Below are positions 11,351-25,000 of a stretch of DNA of 64,000 bases, piece after piece. This stretch comes from Harriotta raleighana (taxonomy: Eukaryota), in NCBI GenBank assembly GCA_050575255.1, contig JBNZDD010013730.1:3609538-3673537 (forward strand). The letters run 5' to 3'. The position numbers were made by a program, and so were the translations under genes. Under the pieces are notes generated by a model, which did not search any database, was not told the origin of the DNA, and saw only the letters and a list, made by a program, of their open reading frames with translations. Numbering within the stretch: position 1 is the stretch's first letter; every line of letters starts with the position of its first letter.

Positions 11351-12479
11351 CAGCAGCACCCTAATCTATCAGTTAACAAATCATAGTGTCATATTTTACA
11401 ACACCTTCAGAACATAACGCTGAAATATGAGAATGCATTCTAGTTTAGTAATTTAACAGGTTAACTAATTAGTATGCTGACGATTATTTCACTCAGTATA
11501 GATGTATTCCGCAATCAAATTATGTTTTCATGGAAATGGATATCTAAAAAGGTAATTATTTGAATGAAGAAATGATTCTTTAAGTTGCGTTTTCACCAGC
11601 AGTTTCTTTAGCTCAGAAGCTACTGGACTGCCTATCCCAGCAGTTTCAGCCGCTTGTTACATCTTTTGATGTAGATTCATGTTTATTCCCTTGGGGCAGA
11701 TGCTACAAGAGGAAAACTATTCTTTAAAGCATTTCTCACAGATTCAGTATGGAGGACCCTTTGGGAATCTTCCTACTTGTTACAATGCCTATTCTAGGGA
11801 CCAGGGGAACCCTTTTGAAGTTGTATTTTCCTGTGGTCCCACAAGATCTAACATGCAGATATTATGGGGCCATTGCAGTGCCCCTTGAATCTGTGCAAGA
11901 TGGGAATAGTTTTCCAAAAGCTGCTCTCCAGTGGGTTTTGTGATTTTGTCCTGCAATTTGCATGATCATTAATATTCACAATATGCGAGAATTAAACTGG
12001 CAATGGACCTTCAGAGGGGCTGGTTTCATTGTTCTGTGTGACAGCACCCCATATTGTAATCTTTCCCAGTGGATAAGTAGCATTCAATTCAGAAATACAG
12101 ATTCATGCTATCATTGGTTACATCCTGATCATACCCTATTATGCGGGCTCAGACATCAAAGAAGCTGATAAAAACAAAGGAAGATTGGTGGAAGCTGATT
12201 CTAACACGAACAAAGGTTAAACAAAGGGAAACTGCGTAACGAGGTGTTGAAAGTTGAAAAAAGTGTGTTTTTTTTAAAAAAAAGCTCCTGTATATTTTGT
12301 ACAAAGAGGTGAAAAGAAATTACAACAACAAAAAAATCACATGTGAGAAGAATTAAGGGATGGATGAATTACGTATTAGGTTTATTCAGAATCTAATGTA
12401 AGAAGTTTGTAAAGCTTTTCATTTGATTTGTTTTGACATTGTGCTATCCCAATTCTGTGGTTCTTTCCTTCACCTGAAA

Positions 12480-12746
12480 TGTGGCATCATCTGAGCTCTG
12501 GGCATTACAATCAGTAATGATGCTCAGCAATTGGCATCTGATATATTTCATGGTTCAGATGACATGATCTCCCTACCAAATCCTTCTCCTGGGAAGCCCT
12601 CCAGTTTGAATTCCAAATACTAATGAAACTTGCTGGTAGTCAGTCAATTAAGATTTAGTTTAAACTTGTCCTCTGAGAATCCAATATTACAACTTCCAGA
12701 GTACAACCTTCTAACTCAGAGGCTAGATTGCTATCAATTGAGCCAG
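12480..12746 (-). mobile_element. Old tRNA-derived SINE remnant
   Basis: acaaccttctaactcagaggctagattgctatcaattgagcc is a reversed tRNA-like head of the same type as 48005-48372. Confidence 0.45.
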
Positions 12747-13051
12747 TTTGAAACCTATTCATGTAAAAAATTAGTCACTAATGGCATATACTGTATGTAA
12801 TACAGTACGTAAATATTCAATATAACTATGTATGAGTGAATAGGAAAGGGTTTGATATTTTGCGTTCTATTATTCCTGTATTAGCATATTATAGTTTAAT
12901 TTTATCATTGAATAAATCAATAAAGTTATTGATTGTAGCTTGTTTCTATAAACTATATTCGGATATTTGGGTAGGTTAAAATGCTTTGGCATCGATCAAA
13001 GAGGACTGTTTAATCTGCCGAGGTTTAGTTGCATTCAACATTTGTCTTTGT

Positions 13052-13112
13052 ATGCTCCTTGGGACGTCCTGCTGACATGAAAGGCGCTATACAAGTGTAA
13101 TCTTGTTGTTGT
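13052..13112 (+). mobile_element. Solo L2 3' stem-loop tail
   Basis: ccttgggacgtcctgctgacatgaaaggcgctatacaagtgtaatcttgttgttg. Confidence 0.85.
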
Positions 13113-13145
13113 ACCATCCAACAATTTTTTCCTCGTCATTAAGGG

Positions 13146-13376
13146 ACAACTAAAAGTATTGAAAAACAAATTTGTGCTGCACTCAGCACAGTATTATTAA
13201 ACACAGCACAAGTTAGAGATGTGAAGTAAAGGGATAAAGAAAAGTACAAAGAGAGAATCGGANCAACTAAAAGTATTGAAAAACAAATTTGTGCTGCACT
13301 CAGCACAGTATTAAACACAGCACAAGTTAGGGATGTGAAGTAAAGGGATAAAGAAAAGTACAAAGAGAGAATCGGT
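13146..13376. repeat. ~115-bp direct duplication around a single N (13263); probable assembly artefact
   Basis: Two near-identical copies abut the N and differ by a 3-bp indel and one substitution. Confidence 0.9.
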
Positions 13377-13581
13377 AAACAAAAATGAAAAAGAAAACAA
13401 AGAATTGGATTTACTCTAGTTTCTGGGTTAATGGAATATTGTCCTATATATTGAAGCAAAGCTTATTTGCTTGTCCTCTGAGTGAAAATTAAATAAAATT
13501 GATGAGATAAGTTAAATATTTGAACTAGGTGACTTTTACACTATTTATAATAGTACTATACAACATTATATCTTAAACCAT

Positions 13582-13655
13582 CTGTCCAGCGCCTTGGGAC
13601 GTCCTCCTGACGTGAAACGCGCTCTATAAATGTAATTTTGTTGTTGTTGTTGTTG
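13582..13655 (+). mobile_element. Solo L2 3' stem-loop tail
   Basis: ctgtccagcgccttgggacgtcctcctgacgtgaaacgcgctctataaatgtaatttt followed by (GTT)n. Confidence 0.9.
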
Positions 13656-15719
13656 TATATAATTACATTTAATATGAAAATAGCTATAACATATAAAAAT
13701 GGAATGGAATAGCTATGCTTGAAAACTAATAATCATTTCTTAATTTATACATTTACATATTTGTATGTTTTGTCCCATTGTGTTCACTGAATTTCTATGG
13801 TCTTATTTAATTGAGGTACAATGAAAAAATATTGAAAGAGTGTTTGGCATTGTGTCACTAATGGAGCATATTATATATGCAAATAATATGTATCCACACT
13901 GATCATTAATCTGAACCTTATCTGACAAAATTCAAATTTTTATGGCAAGCAGAAAACAGCTGTAAAGTTATTGGAATTTCCTCTGATGTTTACAAATACT
14001 GGATCTTAGTATTATAATAAAGTAATATTGTTCTTATATTAATATGCTGCATTGCAAATCAGTTCAAAAACATATACACTGATTTATTTTACATTGTTCA
14101 GGAGTGCTTTTCTGATCTGACCACATAACCAAATAAAATTAATATCTCCCAAGTAGCTTAAATGTATGATGTCTTGTTCTATTCAAAGAATTCTGTATGA
14201 GAAGATAATTTAATATTTCACCTCACATTAGTGTACTTCTAATGCTTTTTGGTGGTTGTAATTTAGTTTCCAGTTGGTCTAAAGTGGTATTTACCATTAA
14301 TTTTCTATTATTATAAAAGGTGATCCATGTTTTGTGGGCCTAATTATTTATTTACATCTTTGAGTGGCTATTTTTAAAGTTGTGCTTAATGGAATATAAA
14401 CATTCAAATTCATTTATTCTGACATTAACTACAATCAATCTGAAGAACCTCATATGTCAGTGTGTCTTCACTGAACATTGTAATTCAACCTGAATTTTTT
14501 TTAATGGAATTGACTATCAGCCCCATGCCTCTTGAGCAGTTATAGTCTAAATCTACATGTAAAATCACTTGTCCAAGTCATCGGAATATGCCTAGAGACT
14601 TTTTAGTGCTCAAGCTAGTTAGCCTTGTGGGATATACCTTGACTGCACATTTTGCAGGTTGAAACAGTGACCTGTTTTATTAAAAAAAGAACATTTTGGC
14701 AAGTCTCTTTTGTGAAGATAACAAAATGTGTTTGCAATTACTGGGGAAAAAAGGGTTATTCTTCAAATTGAAAGTAAGCGTTGTTTCAAGAGAGATTCAG
14801 TGTCTTTTCTGGAAAATCATCTTAGATATGTTTAAGTTTATGCAATGTTTTGTTTTGAACAGAGAAATACATTTTTCTCCATACTAACACTCCAAAATCT
14901 TTAGATGTACCACTGGCAATCTATGTACACTCAAATGTTCCATTTATCAAATAAACTGGAAATAATCATTTAATAACTACTGATATTAGAACTAAATTGG
15001 GTAATTTGGAAACAATAAACACGAGCCATCCACGACAAAATGAAGGGCAGTTAGCCTTAATGGGAAAGCTAGAAGGATTGTGTTTTACCCCACGAGTTGC
15101 CCTTTGAAAATGGAGTGTTCTTTGCAGTTTTCATATTGCACCAACGTCTTCCTTAAAGGCTGTGGATCTCTGCAGAGAGGGTGGGAGTCAGTGCAATTAT
15201 GACAATATGTTAGAACTGCCCTAGCTGTTACCATAGCGATGAAGGAGGGGTAGTTTGATAAATCAAAGAGCATGGCAGAAATGCAAAACCCTTTATAACA
15301 CACTTTTGAAACACTGGAAATCCGTCCTTATTGCGAGGATTTAGTGGATTCACATTTCTTGATGCAGTAATATCCGTCTAGTTTGCAAAGGTTTATGTAT
15401 CACATTTATTTTTAACATTGTATCATTGCCAATTTGTAGGTAATAACCATATATCCAATTACTTACATATCTTTCTTACCCAAATTCATTCTGTCATCCC
15501 TTAGATATAACCATGCAAAGAGCCCTCATTAATTGATGGCAGTAGGGCAATTGGTTTCAGTAAAAGAGACCATTAGGCAATGAAATAGACTAAGATTCAC
15601 GAACATATTGTTAGAGGGCACATTTTGGACTTACTAAAACATGTGAAAAATATTTATACTTCATAAATAGACAATAAAACTTCACATGGACATGGTTTGA
15701 ACCAATCTACAATCTGAGT

Positions 15720-15830
15720 GGTAATAATAATTAGCCTAGCATTTGATACAGCACCTTATCATGTCTTTGAGATGTCTCAAAGCGCTTCACGGAATATACT
15801 GTAAAGAGAATTGACTCTATACTTTGTGGT
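15720..15830 (-). mobile_element. Deu-type SINE 3' fragment
   Basis: gcatttgatacagcacc...gtctcaaagcgcttcacggaatatactgtaaag matches the tail of the full copies. Confidence 0.8.
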
Positions 15831-16069
15831 GTAATGTTGTTGTAGTAATGTACAGATTGAATGTCATTACTGGAGCAATATTATAACTTTTGGGTTAAAA
15901 TAATGATCAATGCTTCAATTGACACACTGTTGAGGATCCAAAAGATCAGATGAAAATGGAAAAATAATCCTCAAGTCAGAAGTTGTAGAAAATCTTCAGA
16001 GAACTCCTTGATGGTTAAATCATCAACCAAAATCACTACACAGAATAGTTAGAATCCATTTAAAAAATA

Positions 16070-16225
16070 AACAAAAACAAGAAAATTATATTTGTATAGC
16101 AACTTTCACATCGAGAGGACGTCCCAAGGTACTGGACAGTCAATGTTTTGGACCCGAGTTGGGATCATGGTGGATGGAGAGCAATGGAGAAGGGAGGATG
16201 AGCATAGGCATGTTGAACAACTATT
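16070..16225 (-). mobile_element. L2 3' tail
   Basis: tttcacatcgagaggacgtcccaaggtactggacagtc followed by a G-rich reversed UTR. Confidence 0.8.
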
Positions 16226-17068
16226 GCATTGCTGCTGTCACTTGGCTTTACAGATTTAGTTGGCTCTCATCTTTCAGTTTGCTGTGAGAATCACTGTTCC
16301 TTATTCAGGTAGATGTGTTCATAGTTTGCTAGGTGTTTCCTCTCAAGTTTGCCCCATCGGAAATACAGTTCAATAAGATAAGAAAAATACACATTAATTT
16401 AAAAAAACTGGAATTTCATACATCTCGTAACCATACTGAATTGACATTTCTATCATATTCTATGGATATGAAATCAATGTAGAAATATTATTAAAAATTG
16501 CAGTTGAATTTTTCTATAATTTGAGGATCAGGAGACATGAATATGGAGAAACTCATTCACGGAACATTGTGACAAGAAAATTCATAAGAACTCTTTTCAA
16601 AATGTCTTTGAGACATTTAGTCAAATTCTCTATCGACGTCAGTTTCAATAAGAGCAAGCTGATAGGGTGGAATCACAGTCAGAAGGAGGAAAACAGCTTG
16701 AGGCTACAGGAAATTGTGACTTTCCAGCTCTCAATATAATACCTACAAATATTTTTTCTGTTAAAGAGGCAAACGTGTGAGACAGTTGTTGTCATTCTAG
16801 TTTGGAGCTAAGGCAGGGCAGTGGGATTGAATAAACACCTTGCGGTGATTGCTGGTGCAAATTTGAATGACCAAATGGCTTCTTTTAACCAAAATCCTTT
16901 TACCTTGTTCCTTGTTCCTTCTCTCTCTGCCTTCAAAACACTCTTTAAAATGTATCTGTTTGATTGTGTCTGTGATTAACATCTTTTGTTTCTCTTCCCT
17001 GCTCAATGCTCCCTTTGCAATGCCCAATGTTTCGAGACGTTTAGTCTATGTGAAAGATGCTATATAAG

Positions 17069-17262
17069 TGGAGTACTCTAGCTCACTGGTTAGTGCACTC
17101 GCCTTGCAAGCAAGAGACTTGGGTTCGATTCCCGGCCAGGGCGAAATCTTGGGCAGGTTTCCTAACTCTACACGTCTGATAATATTCCCTCAAGGACAAA
17201 AACAGTTATAAATTGGTCACTTCAATCCAGCGCTATATCAAATACAAGGATTATTATTATTA
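17069..17262 (+). mobile_element. tRNA-derived SINE, internally deleted copy
   Basis: A box tagctcactgg and B box ggttcgattcc. The body jumps from ggtcacttcaatcc directly to the tail agcgctatatcaaatacaaggattattatt. Confidence 0.9.
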
Positions 17263-17334
17263 CAAGTGGAAGTTTGTTATACAGTATTTTGCATTGAACA
17301 AAAGCGCAAATGAACAAGGTTTTAAAAGAAGGCT

Positions 17335-17612
17335 AGTTGTAACAACTTTTTTCTTGGTAAGAAACAAGTAGACTTTCACAGATTCTGATTCCATAGAGTT
17401 GGAGTAAGTGGTTGCCCGGAGAAGGGGAATATATAAGTATAGAAAAGTGTAGTATAGGATAGTATTAGACAGGTACCTGTATATATGGGTAAAGGCTTGA
17501 ATGAATATGGGGCAGGTCAGTAGCATTGATTGAACACCTTGTTGTGAGAGCTAGTGTAGACTTGATGAGTCGAATGGCTTCCTTCAGTGCTGTAAATTTC
17601 TACAATTCTATA
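17335..17612 (+). mobile_element. CR1 LINE 3' end (old)
   Basis: attagacaggtacctg...gagctagtgtagacttgatgagtcgaatggcttccttcagtgctgtaaatttcta is a CR1-type terminus. Confidence 0.75.
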
Positions 17613-18426
17613 GCAATGCCCAAGTGTGTTACAGTATTATGCTCAAAGCCAACTCTGTTATTATCATTGTTCCTGTAAAACCAACCGCGAACAGCTTACC
17701 AATTATAGACACAAAAATTGCAGGCAAAAGAGTTTTTTTTTATTGTGCCACAGAGCCTAATTAAACAAAATTAGAGGGAAGCTTTCACTTTTTTTGGTGA
17801 GGGTGCAATCTCTTTCATGTGACGTCAGTGGACAATAGTTTCATTCACAATACATTATAGCCCCTTGATGTTAATTAGCAGGCAAAAGCGAAAACTGTTT
17901 TTTAAAAAATATTAATAATAACATTTGGCCTCAGCATTAATTCAATATGTAGGACTATTTATTGCCTTGTAAACTCAAGGCTTGTTCAGTTTATTGCTTA
18001 ATCATATGATGGCTATTTAGCCAATCAAGCTGAACATTTGTGCCCACTGGTCCAATACATATAAAATGCCTCGACAACTGGCATGATACATGTCCTATTA
18101 GTCTATATAGCACTCCAGTTAAGCAGCAATTTATTCAAACATAATGCGATATTGATCGTAAAACAGATGACAATGTGAGGGTTTGCAAGATTGCTGAACA
18201 ATGCACTACGGGTATTTATTCGCAGTTTGCTCAATTTTGTTTTGGAGCGAACCACATTTGTATCTCGTTATGTTTTGAATGCTTCTGAATATTCCACATG
18301 GTGATTTGATGATGTTTACGCTGAATAGAGATGGTGCGAGGCCTAGTTTGCGCTATTTCTTAATACAATTGCTTAATAAGGAATCTAAAGCTCGCAAATG
18401 GGGCCGGGGAAGGGGGTTAAACTGAC

Positions 18427-18474
18427 CTGCAGGAACTTGGCTCTGACGTTATCTACTTCTGGAGCAGAATACCC
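18427..18474 (-). CDS. Candidate 48-nt internal coding exon (phase 0/0) of an unidentified host gene
   Basis: Acceptor tctatatttttgttctcag| and donor CAG|gtcagt. Only one frame is open: GYSAPEVDNVRAKFLQ. Not in a recognisable repeat. Confidence 0.55.
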
Positions 18475-18734
18475 CTGAGAACAAAAATATAGACAAGATT
18501 TCTCATTAAGGAAATCCTGTACAGAACGACTGCAAGTTAGACCCCTATTATAGGCTGAGAAAGATTCGTTTTGATAAGTACCGAGGTGACAGTAGTAATT
18601 ACTTTCTAAATTAAAACTTGTTTTTAATATTTTAAACATGATGAAGAATGTAATACTTTGCTAATGTATTTCAAAACTGGTCCACAGTGAGGAGTCCCTA
18701 AAGAATAAAATCATATTGTACAAGGTACTAGCTA

Positions 18735-19060
18735 ATACAGGTCATGTTCTGGGTTCTATTCCTGGCTTGTGCGGAATTAGCTGATTTCAGTGGACAGCAG
18801 TTGGGGACACGACAATTGATTTCAGTGTCCCCCAGCGTACATTGTGATCACTATCCAGCCACTTCCTGCTGGAATTATACGTGTCTAAATGTTGGGCGAG
18901 GACAAAACCAGGGTCAGTTCTGATTCACTCCATAGCTGAACAGCATTGCAATACACTCACTGGGTAGGCTGACATGTGAGGAATAGCCAGTCACTCAAGC
19001 AAGGCACAGGACAAGTCTTACCGTCAGGGGAACCTTAACGAAGCATGAGTACATGACTTA
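18735..19060 (+). mobile_element. Ancient tRNA-derived SINE-like family (copy 1 of 4)
   Basis: gggttctattcctggcttgtgcggaattagctgatttcag...gcagttggggacacgacaattg; shares motifs with 42140-42308, 47515-47626 and 58520-58720. Confidence 0.6.
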
Positions 19061-20059
19061 CCATCTGGGCAACTAATATATAGTGAGGGGCCATATGGTT
19101 GGACACATTTACAACCTCAATATGGTGGCAATTTCCGTCAAAAGAGATGGCTGAATTCTGGAAGATTTTCTTAAAACAACCCAACGTTTCTCATTGGTGA
19201 GGATAGTAAACACCATTTTCTTTGATTTTTCTAAAAAAAAATTCATCCACATTCTTCCTTCTTTAACTCATAGGACATCTAGTGGTAAAGCACATAACAA
19301 CATATCCTGACCTCTGTTCTGATAAATAATCTCCAAATTCAAAGAGAGGGTTAGATTCCAAAACACTACGCCAGTGATTCTTTAGAACAGTGCCAATTCA
19401 TGCAATAGTTCAATGGGTAATGAATTAAAAATATGTCAATCGATAATGATCCTCATTTCTGGATACAGTGTAAAGGATTGGTTCTATAGAAAAGGCCTTG
19501 ATTATTTCGCTTGCTGTCCATCTAAAACATATCGACAGTTAGATTTACTTACCCTTAAAACATTTGATACAATGAAATACAATTTAGCTTTCAATATTTC
19601 TCTTTCAGATGCTCATAAATGATTCTGTCTGTTGTGTTGTCCTCAAAGCATCTCGTTAATTAAAACTCTGCAATGCCACTGTTTTACAATTATTAAATAA
19701 GTGAGAAGGCAAGTGTACCTTCTGAAAAAGCACTGTACTGACAGAATTGTCAGCACTAAGCCAGATCTGTCAGAATCAAGCACTCAAGTGCACACTGTAG
19801 TAATGTATTTAATATATATTTTATTTCAGTACATTGACTCATATTTCCCATTTGGAACTTTTTGGCAGTCCATCTATACAAGACTCAAGTCAAGGTCAAA
19901 TCTTACACTGTGTGATAAAAGTGGCTCTCATTGAAAGAGTAAGCAAACAAGAATTGCATTAAACAGACCTCGAGTTAGAGAGAAGCAGAACTGAATTCTA
20001 ATACAAAAAAAACCCAGAATCAAGAATTTAGAGAACAAGAGTATCTTATTTTACTCATA

Positions 20060-20312
20060 AAATATAATAATAATACTTGCATTTGATATAATGCTTTTCA
20101 CATCTTCCAGGTGTTTCAAAGTGTTTCAAGAATATACTGTAAAGTGAATTGACTGTATATTTGTGGGCGAAACGTGACTGCCAATTCCGTAAAGCAGTGT
20201 CCCACAAACAGTCGTGGTTTGAAGTGATCAATTTATTATTGGGTTTTATAATAATAATAACCCTTGTGCTTGACATAGCACCTTAATACATTGTTGAGAC
20301 ATCTCAAAGGTC
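20060..20312 (-). mobile_element. Deu-type SINE 3' half plus a second adjacent tail
   Basis: Matches the reverse complement of 29690-29870 (gtcccacaaacagtc, tttgtgggcgaaac, cttgcatttgatata). A second tail begins at ~20250. Confidence 0.9.
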
Positions 20313-20453
20313 AACCAACATTTGATCAAAATGGATTACAGAAAAGCTCAAAATAGGCACAACATTAAAAAATGTATTTTATTCAATACAAATGAATTTA
20401 TCTTAATTATCTTTAAAGATTGAGTGGCGGGTAAGTTTTGCCTATCACTAATT

Positions 20454-20668
20454 ACATTGTAACATCAACAAATGATATTCTGAATAGACGTGTGGTTTAC
20501 GGCACATTGTTATACTGCATTACTTTGCAGAAGTTCTCAAGGAGTTCTAATGACAGAGACNCATTGTAACATCAACAAATGATATTCTGAATAGACGTGT
20601 GGTTTACGGCATATTGTTATACTGCATTACTTTGCAGAAGTTCTCAAGGAGTTCTAATGACAGAGACG
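20454..20668. repeat. ~107-bp duplication around a single N (20561); probable assembly artefact
   Basis: Copies identical except cacattg versus catattg. Confidence 0.9.
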
Positions 20669-20742
20669 CCAACCAAAAGTATACAAGTTCAAGTTCCAGT
20701 ATTGATTATCATTCAGACTTACTTTCACTGAACACATCTAAC

Positions 20743-20870
20743 TTGCTCTGGACTGCAAGAATGGTTCAGAGCAACACTTCTTCCTTAGGGGAAAGACAAA
20801 CCGTCAGACTCGGTTTCGACANTTGCTCTGGACTGCAAGAATGGTTCAGAGCAACACTTCTTCCTTAGGG
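20743..20870. repeat. ~48-bp duplication at a single N (20822); probable assembly artefact
   Basis: ttgctctggactgcaagaatggttcagagcaacacttcttccttagggg occurs twice. Confidence 0.85.
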
Positions 20871-21329
20871 GTACACTTGGGAATGTCCGGTCCTCTCCAT
20901 TGAAATGAAAATGAAAAAAGAAACTGAGTGGTGGGAATTACCAGCAAGTAAAACCCAAAACATAGATTTTATAATATTTACCATTCGTATCCTTTGCTTG
21001 TTGAATTAATTACAAAAGAAACAAAAAGCAATGGGACAAGAAAACAACATTGATCCCATGAATCCCATTGCTTCCATACATCTTTTTGCTTCAGTTTGGT
21101 GAGAAAGGCAAACTAACCACATATAAAACTGCCAAGAAGGTAAAGCTCTCCCTAACAGGTAAAACCCCCAAGAAGATAAGTGCATTCCCTAAATCTCAAT
21201 CAATCAAACAAAACTTCAAACCATCAATCCAATCTCTCAACCCATATTATTTGAACTCCAGCCAGTTGTATTCCACAGATGACACTTCCAAGGTCCCAGT
21301 AGCACTGCGTATTTGATCATCTGCGTTTA

Positions 21330-22062
21330 TCCTTATCTTGTAACCTTCAATCCCATTCTTCAGCAGATATTATCCAGCTCTTTTCTAAAGGAGTTAATTG
21401 GCATAACATTAACTGCTTTTGCTGGCAGTTTATTTTACATATCCACTACTCTGGGAAAAAAAAATCTCATCTCTCGTCTCACATGAGACTTGTTAATTTT
21501 GTACTTGTGTCCTCTAGTTCTACGTTTACGGTCTAAGTTAAGTAACCTGCTTAAATCTATATTTGCCATTCTTCTCAATACATCCCATATCAATCTTACT
21601 GCCTCCAACGAAAACAGGTTTATGTCGGAGAATCTCCCTTCAGGACCCAGCTCTAAGGTTTCGAACCTTGACACTCTGTACTGAACTCTCTTCAACGGCC
21701 CTTTTGAAGATGGAATGGCGAAAACTGTGCACAATATTCCAAAAGTAGTGTTACTAATGAATTATACAGAGGTAAGATAACCTGTTTCAAATTATAGTCA
21801 AATGCCCTCGAGATGCATCCAAGTACTTGATTAGTCTCTTTGATAACAGCCTCACATTGACTGGATACCTTCAGCGAATGATCAGTATTCACACCAGTTC
21901 ACAGTACACTGCTATTTCCTATAATGCGTCTTCCCGAATTTTTCTGTAATGAAACGCTGTCATTTCTTGGACCATTAATTTACTTTGCCCAGATTTCTTC
22001 GAAAGCCATCATTTCCCCTTATATTTGTCACCTGACTACTCAGCTTTATGTCATCAGCAAAT
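21330..22062 (-). mobile_element. CR1 LINE 3' fragment (RT C-terminus)
   Basis: FADDIKL near 22040-22060; TNQVLGCISRAFDY..VILPLYNSLV..LEYCAQF; RTRGHKYKI..FFFPRVVDM. Confidence 0.92.
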
Positions 22063-25000
22063 GTTCCATTATGATAAGAGAAAGTACGCGTTTTGTTTGA
22101 TTTAGGAAGAAAACCTTCACTAACAGAATACTAACACAATATTCTTTACATACATTTACACTTAGATAACTGAACAAACATTACAGATAGATTTTTTAGC
22201 AACTCATTTCAAACATTCAGACTAATGTATGAACTAATATTTTAGCTAATCGGGCAAATGAAGATCCTGTCATGTGGCTATTAGCAGGTTAATTAAGCAA
22301 TAGTGAAAGAGATACTTGAGGTTATCATACATTTAGCACAATAGGATTTGTTTTGGCATGAAATGAATTAGAGTGCTGAAACTAATCTTAAAGTGTTAAT
22401 ATACATGAGCATATCTTCAAGTTAATTATTAGCAAAAGAATTCATCTACCTCTGTGAATTCACTAATGGATATTTGAAAAGAGATTATGCTTGGTGGATG
22501 TCTACACAAATTAGTTTGATGAGGCTTGCTTGACTATTACCATAAAGACTATACGTGTGAGTAAAGTGCAGTATCCTTGTGCTCATGTCTGAATTCATGT
22601 CTGGAGTAATCAAAAGACAGGAAAGAAAGAGAATATCAAATGTATTTTCCATCAGCATCAGGAAATTGTTAATAAAATATACTAATCTAAAAGTTATATT
22701 TGGAATCAAAGAGACTGTATTACATTTCTGACCATGGAAAATTGGATCTTAAATATATTAAAGATCAAACTTGTATACATTACTCTTATTCAAAATCAAC
22801 CTGGCCATAAATTTCAAAGGATATAATTATTAGTTAAAAGGCCTGACTTTCTGATCACTGGTCTCTTGTGCTAGCATTGTGTTAATTCTACATCTCTCAT
22901 GTTAATCCCAGCTCAGTTTGTGGGTCCATTTTAATATGTTATTTCTATTAATAATTATTATTGATGGTTGAGAATAATATCTTACTTTCATAATACTGTA
23001 TTGTGCTTGTGCCACAAAATGCTTTGTCCCACTTGTGCCATTAGGTTGAAATCCTCGTGACAATTAATTAATTATCAACTAATTGTATTAAAAAATAATG
23101 AAAGAGAATATATGACACTTGTGTGGACCAGAACAAACAATTTAAATATACCTTTTACATGCAAAATGGAGTGTTGAAAAACATTCTTATAATAATCATA
23201 AATTATTTCAAGATTTCATTTTCTCAGTGTAACAATCAATACAATATTAAATTAGATTAAATAGACCGTAGCCTGGAACATTTTGATACGATAGCTTAAG
23301 TGGGTCAACACAAAGTGGTATTGCCTTTTGTAATTCTCTTACAAAATTTAAAAGAACTACTGTGAAGGAGGTATTCACAGAACAGAGAAAGTTCATGCAC
23401 TTTCCAAAATTGCAAACATTTGGGTAAAACTTAGGTCAACAGTGAGAAGAAAACTAGCTTCACAAATAATAGATGATGTGAATAACTAAATGAAATGCTA
23501 CATATATGACTTGTATGTGATGTCAATATGCAAAAGTTTCAAAATATATTCATCCACTTTCACGTAACACTTTGCAACTTCCATTAAATCACGATAAGCA
23601 GTTCATAACATGGTGCTTCAAAGCCTGAATTAAAATAATACATTGCAGTATGACAGACCAGCACTTTTACAAATGACATAAGCGAATACCGACATTTACA
23701 ATCATACCTCTTAGCTAGAGTTCATTAAAAAACAATGTGATGAGCGTACATTTTGCGCTTGTGAATGGCCTTGTTATTTGTGCAGCTTTGGAATGACCAT
23801 CCTTCGTCAAACTTTTCTCTGACATGACCCAAACCCATATAGAACCCTGTTGTAGTCTCCGCATGCCATGTTAAAATCAGCTGTTAAATCCCCCCCCCCC
23901 ACCACCCCCTCACCAGTGCCTCTCAAGTAACACTGCCTTCAGCTAGTGACCACTTCTAAATCATACAAGAATTGGTACCAAACGCTTCGAGAATGAACAG
24001 CAAGTATGACAAGAGTTCCAAATGGTTTTGGAACCATCTGTGCGCTTAACGATTTGTGTTCTTCAACAAAAGCTTCATACACCCAAAATCTGTTACAGGC
24101 AAATCAGTTCCTCTTCCTGTGAACTCCAATCTTCCTTGCTTGTGCATGCGCCAGATGGTGTCACACTACATGTCAGAAGATAATAAAGGAAACATACAGA
24201 GATCTTGGAGCAGGTTGGTTCTATTTGAAATAATCTTGTCATTTGTCACCTCGCAGGGAGCTGAGCAGGTTTTGTTATCATCAAGAACATTTTCGACAAA
24301 ATGGAACAAAAAAAAAAATCGAAGCTTTTAGGCATTGGACAGAACAGACTTAAACGCAGAAAATTATACTATGAGAAATCACATGATGCCGGATTAAAAA
24401 CAACAGAAGAGGAGTTTCACACCCAATCCTTCTTAATTTTATTCTGGCTTAAATAGCTGCCTGCTTTCTAACAGTTTCACAACTAAGACTTGACAATCTC
24501 CACTTCAGGAAATTGAGGTACAGTTGCAATGGGATGCCCTCCAAATAAAATCTAACAAGGAAGGAACAGATAGCGAACCATTGTGTCGGGATAAGCACAC
24601 TCACTACTGCTGTGATTAAAGAATTGGTGCTGACTTTAAAGCATCTGCACCTTTGACCAGAGTAAATGATTGCATTTCTTCACAGTCTGTCTTACGAAGA
24701 GGAGAAAGCTCTGAACTGGCTGAATGACAGTGTGAGCTGCACAAAACAGCTGACCCTGTTTAAGGGTAAATAGTTTGGATATCAGGGAGTCGAGTTCCCT
24801 GATTCACAGCTTTGAGTCTACCGAAGGATGTCTCACCAGAATCTCCCTGATTGTCTGCCAGTGGCATAGGAATACACATGGCCACAAAAGATGTTGGAAT
24901 ATACAGGCCTGAACAAGATCAATTGCAGATCATCTAGTATGACCGTAGGACACAGATCTGCAGGACAATAATCTCTATTTGTCATATTTTAAACCCTGCT

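Noticed and set aside
13146-13376. Direct repeats as CRISPR-like arrays or biological tandem repeats (also 20454, 34156, 50147, 52263)
   Set aside because: Only two copies, no spacers, always centred on a single N: assembly artefact.
17069-17145. tRNA gene calls at SINE heads (also 29542, 40505, 58114)
   Set aside because: Each continues into a SINE body and L2-like tail, and the copies are diverged with inconsistent anticodons.
17820-17827. Perfect CRE palindrome TGACGTCA
   Set aside because: A single 8-mer in 64 kb is about chance expectation, and there is no promoter or CpG-island context.
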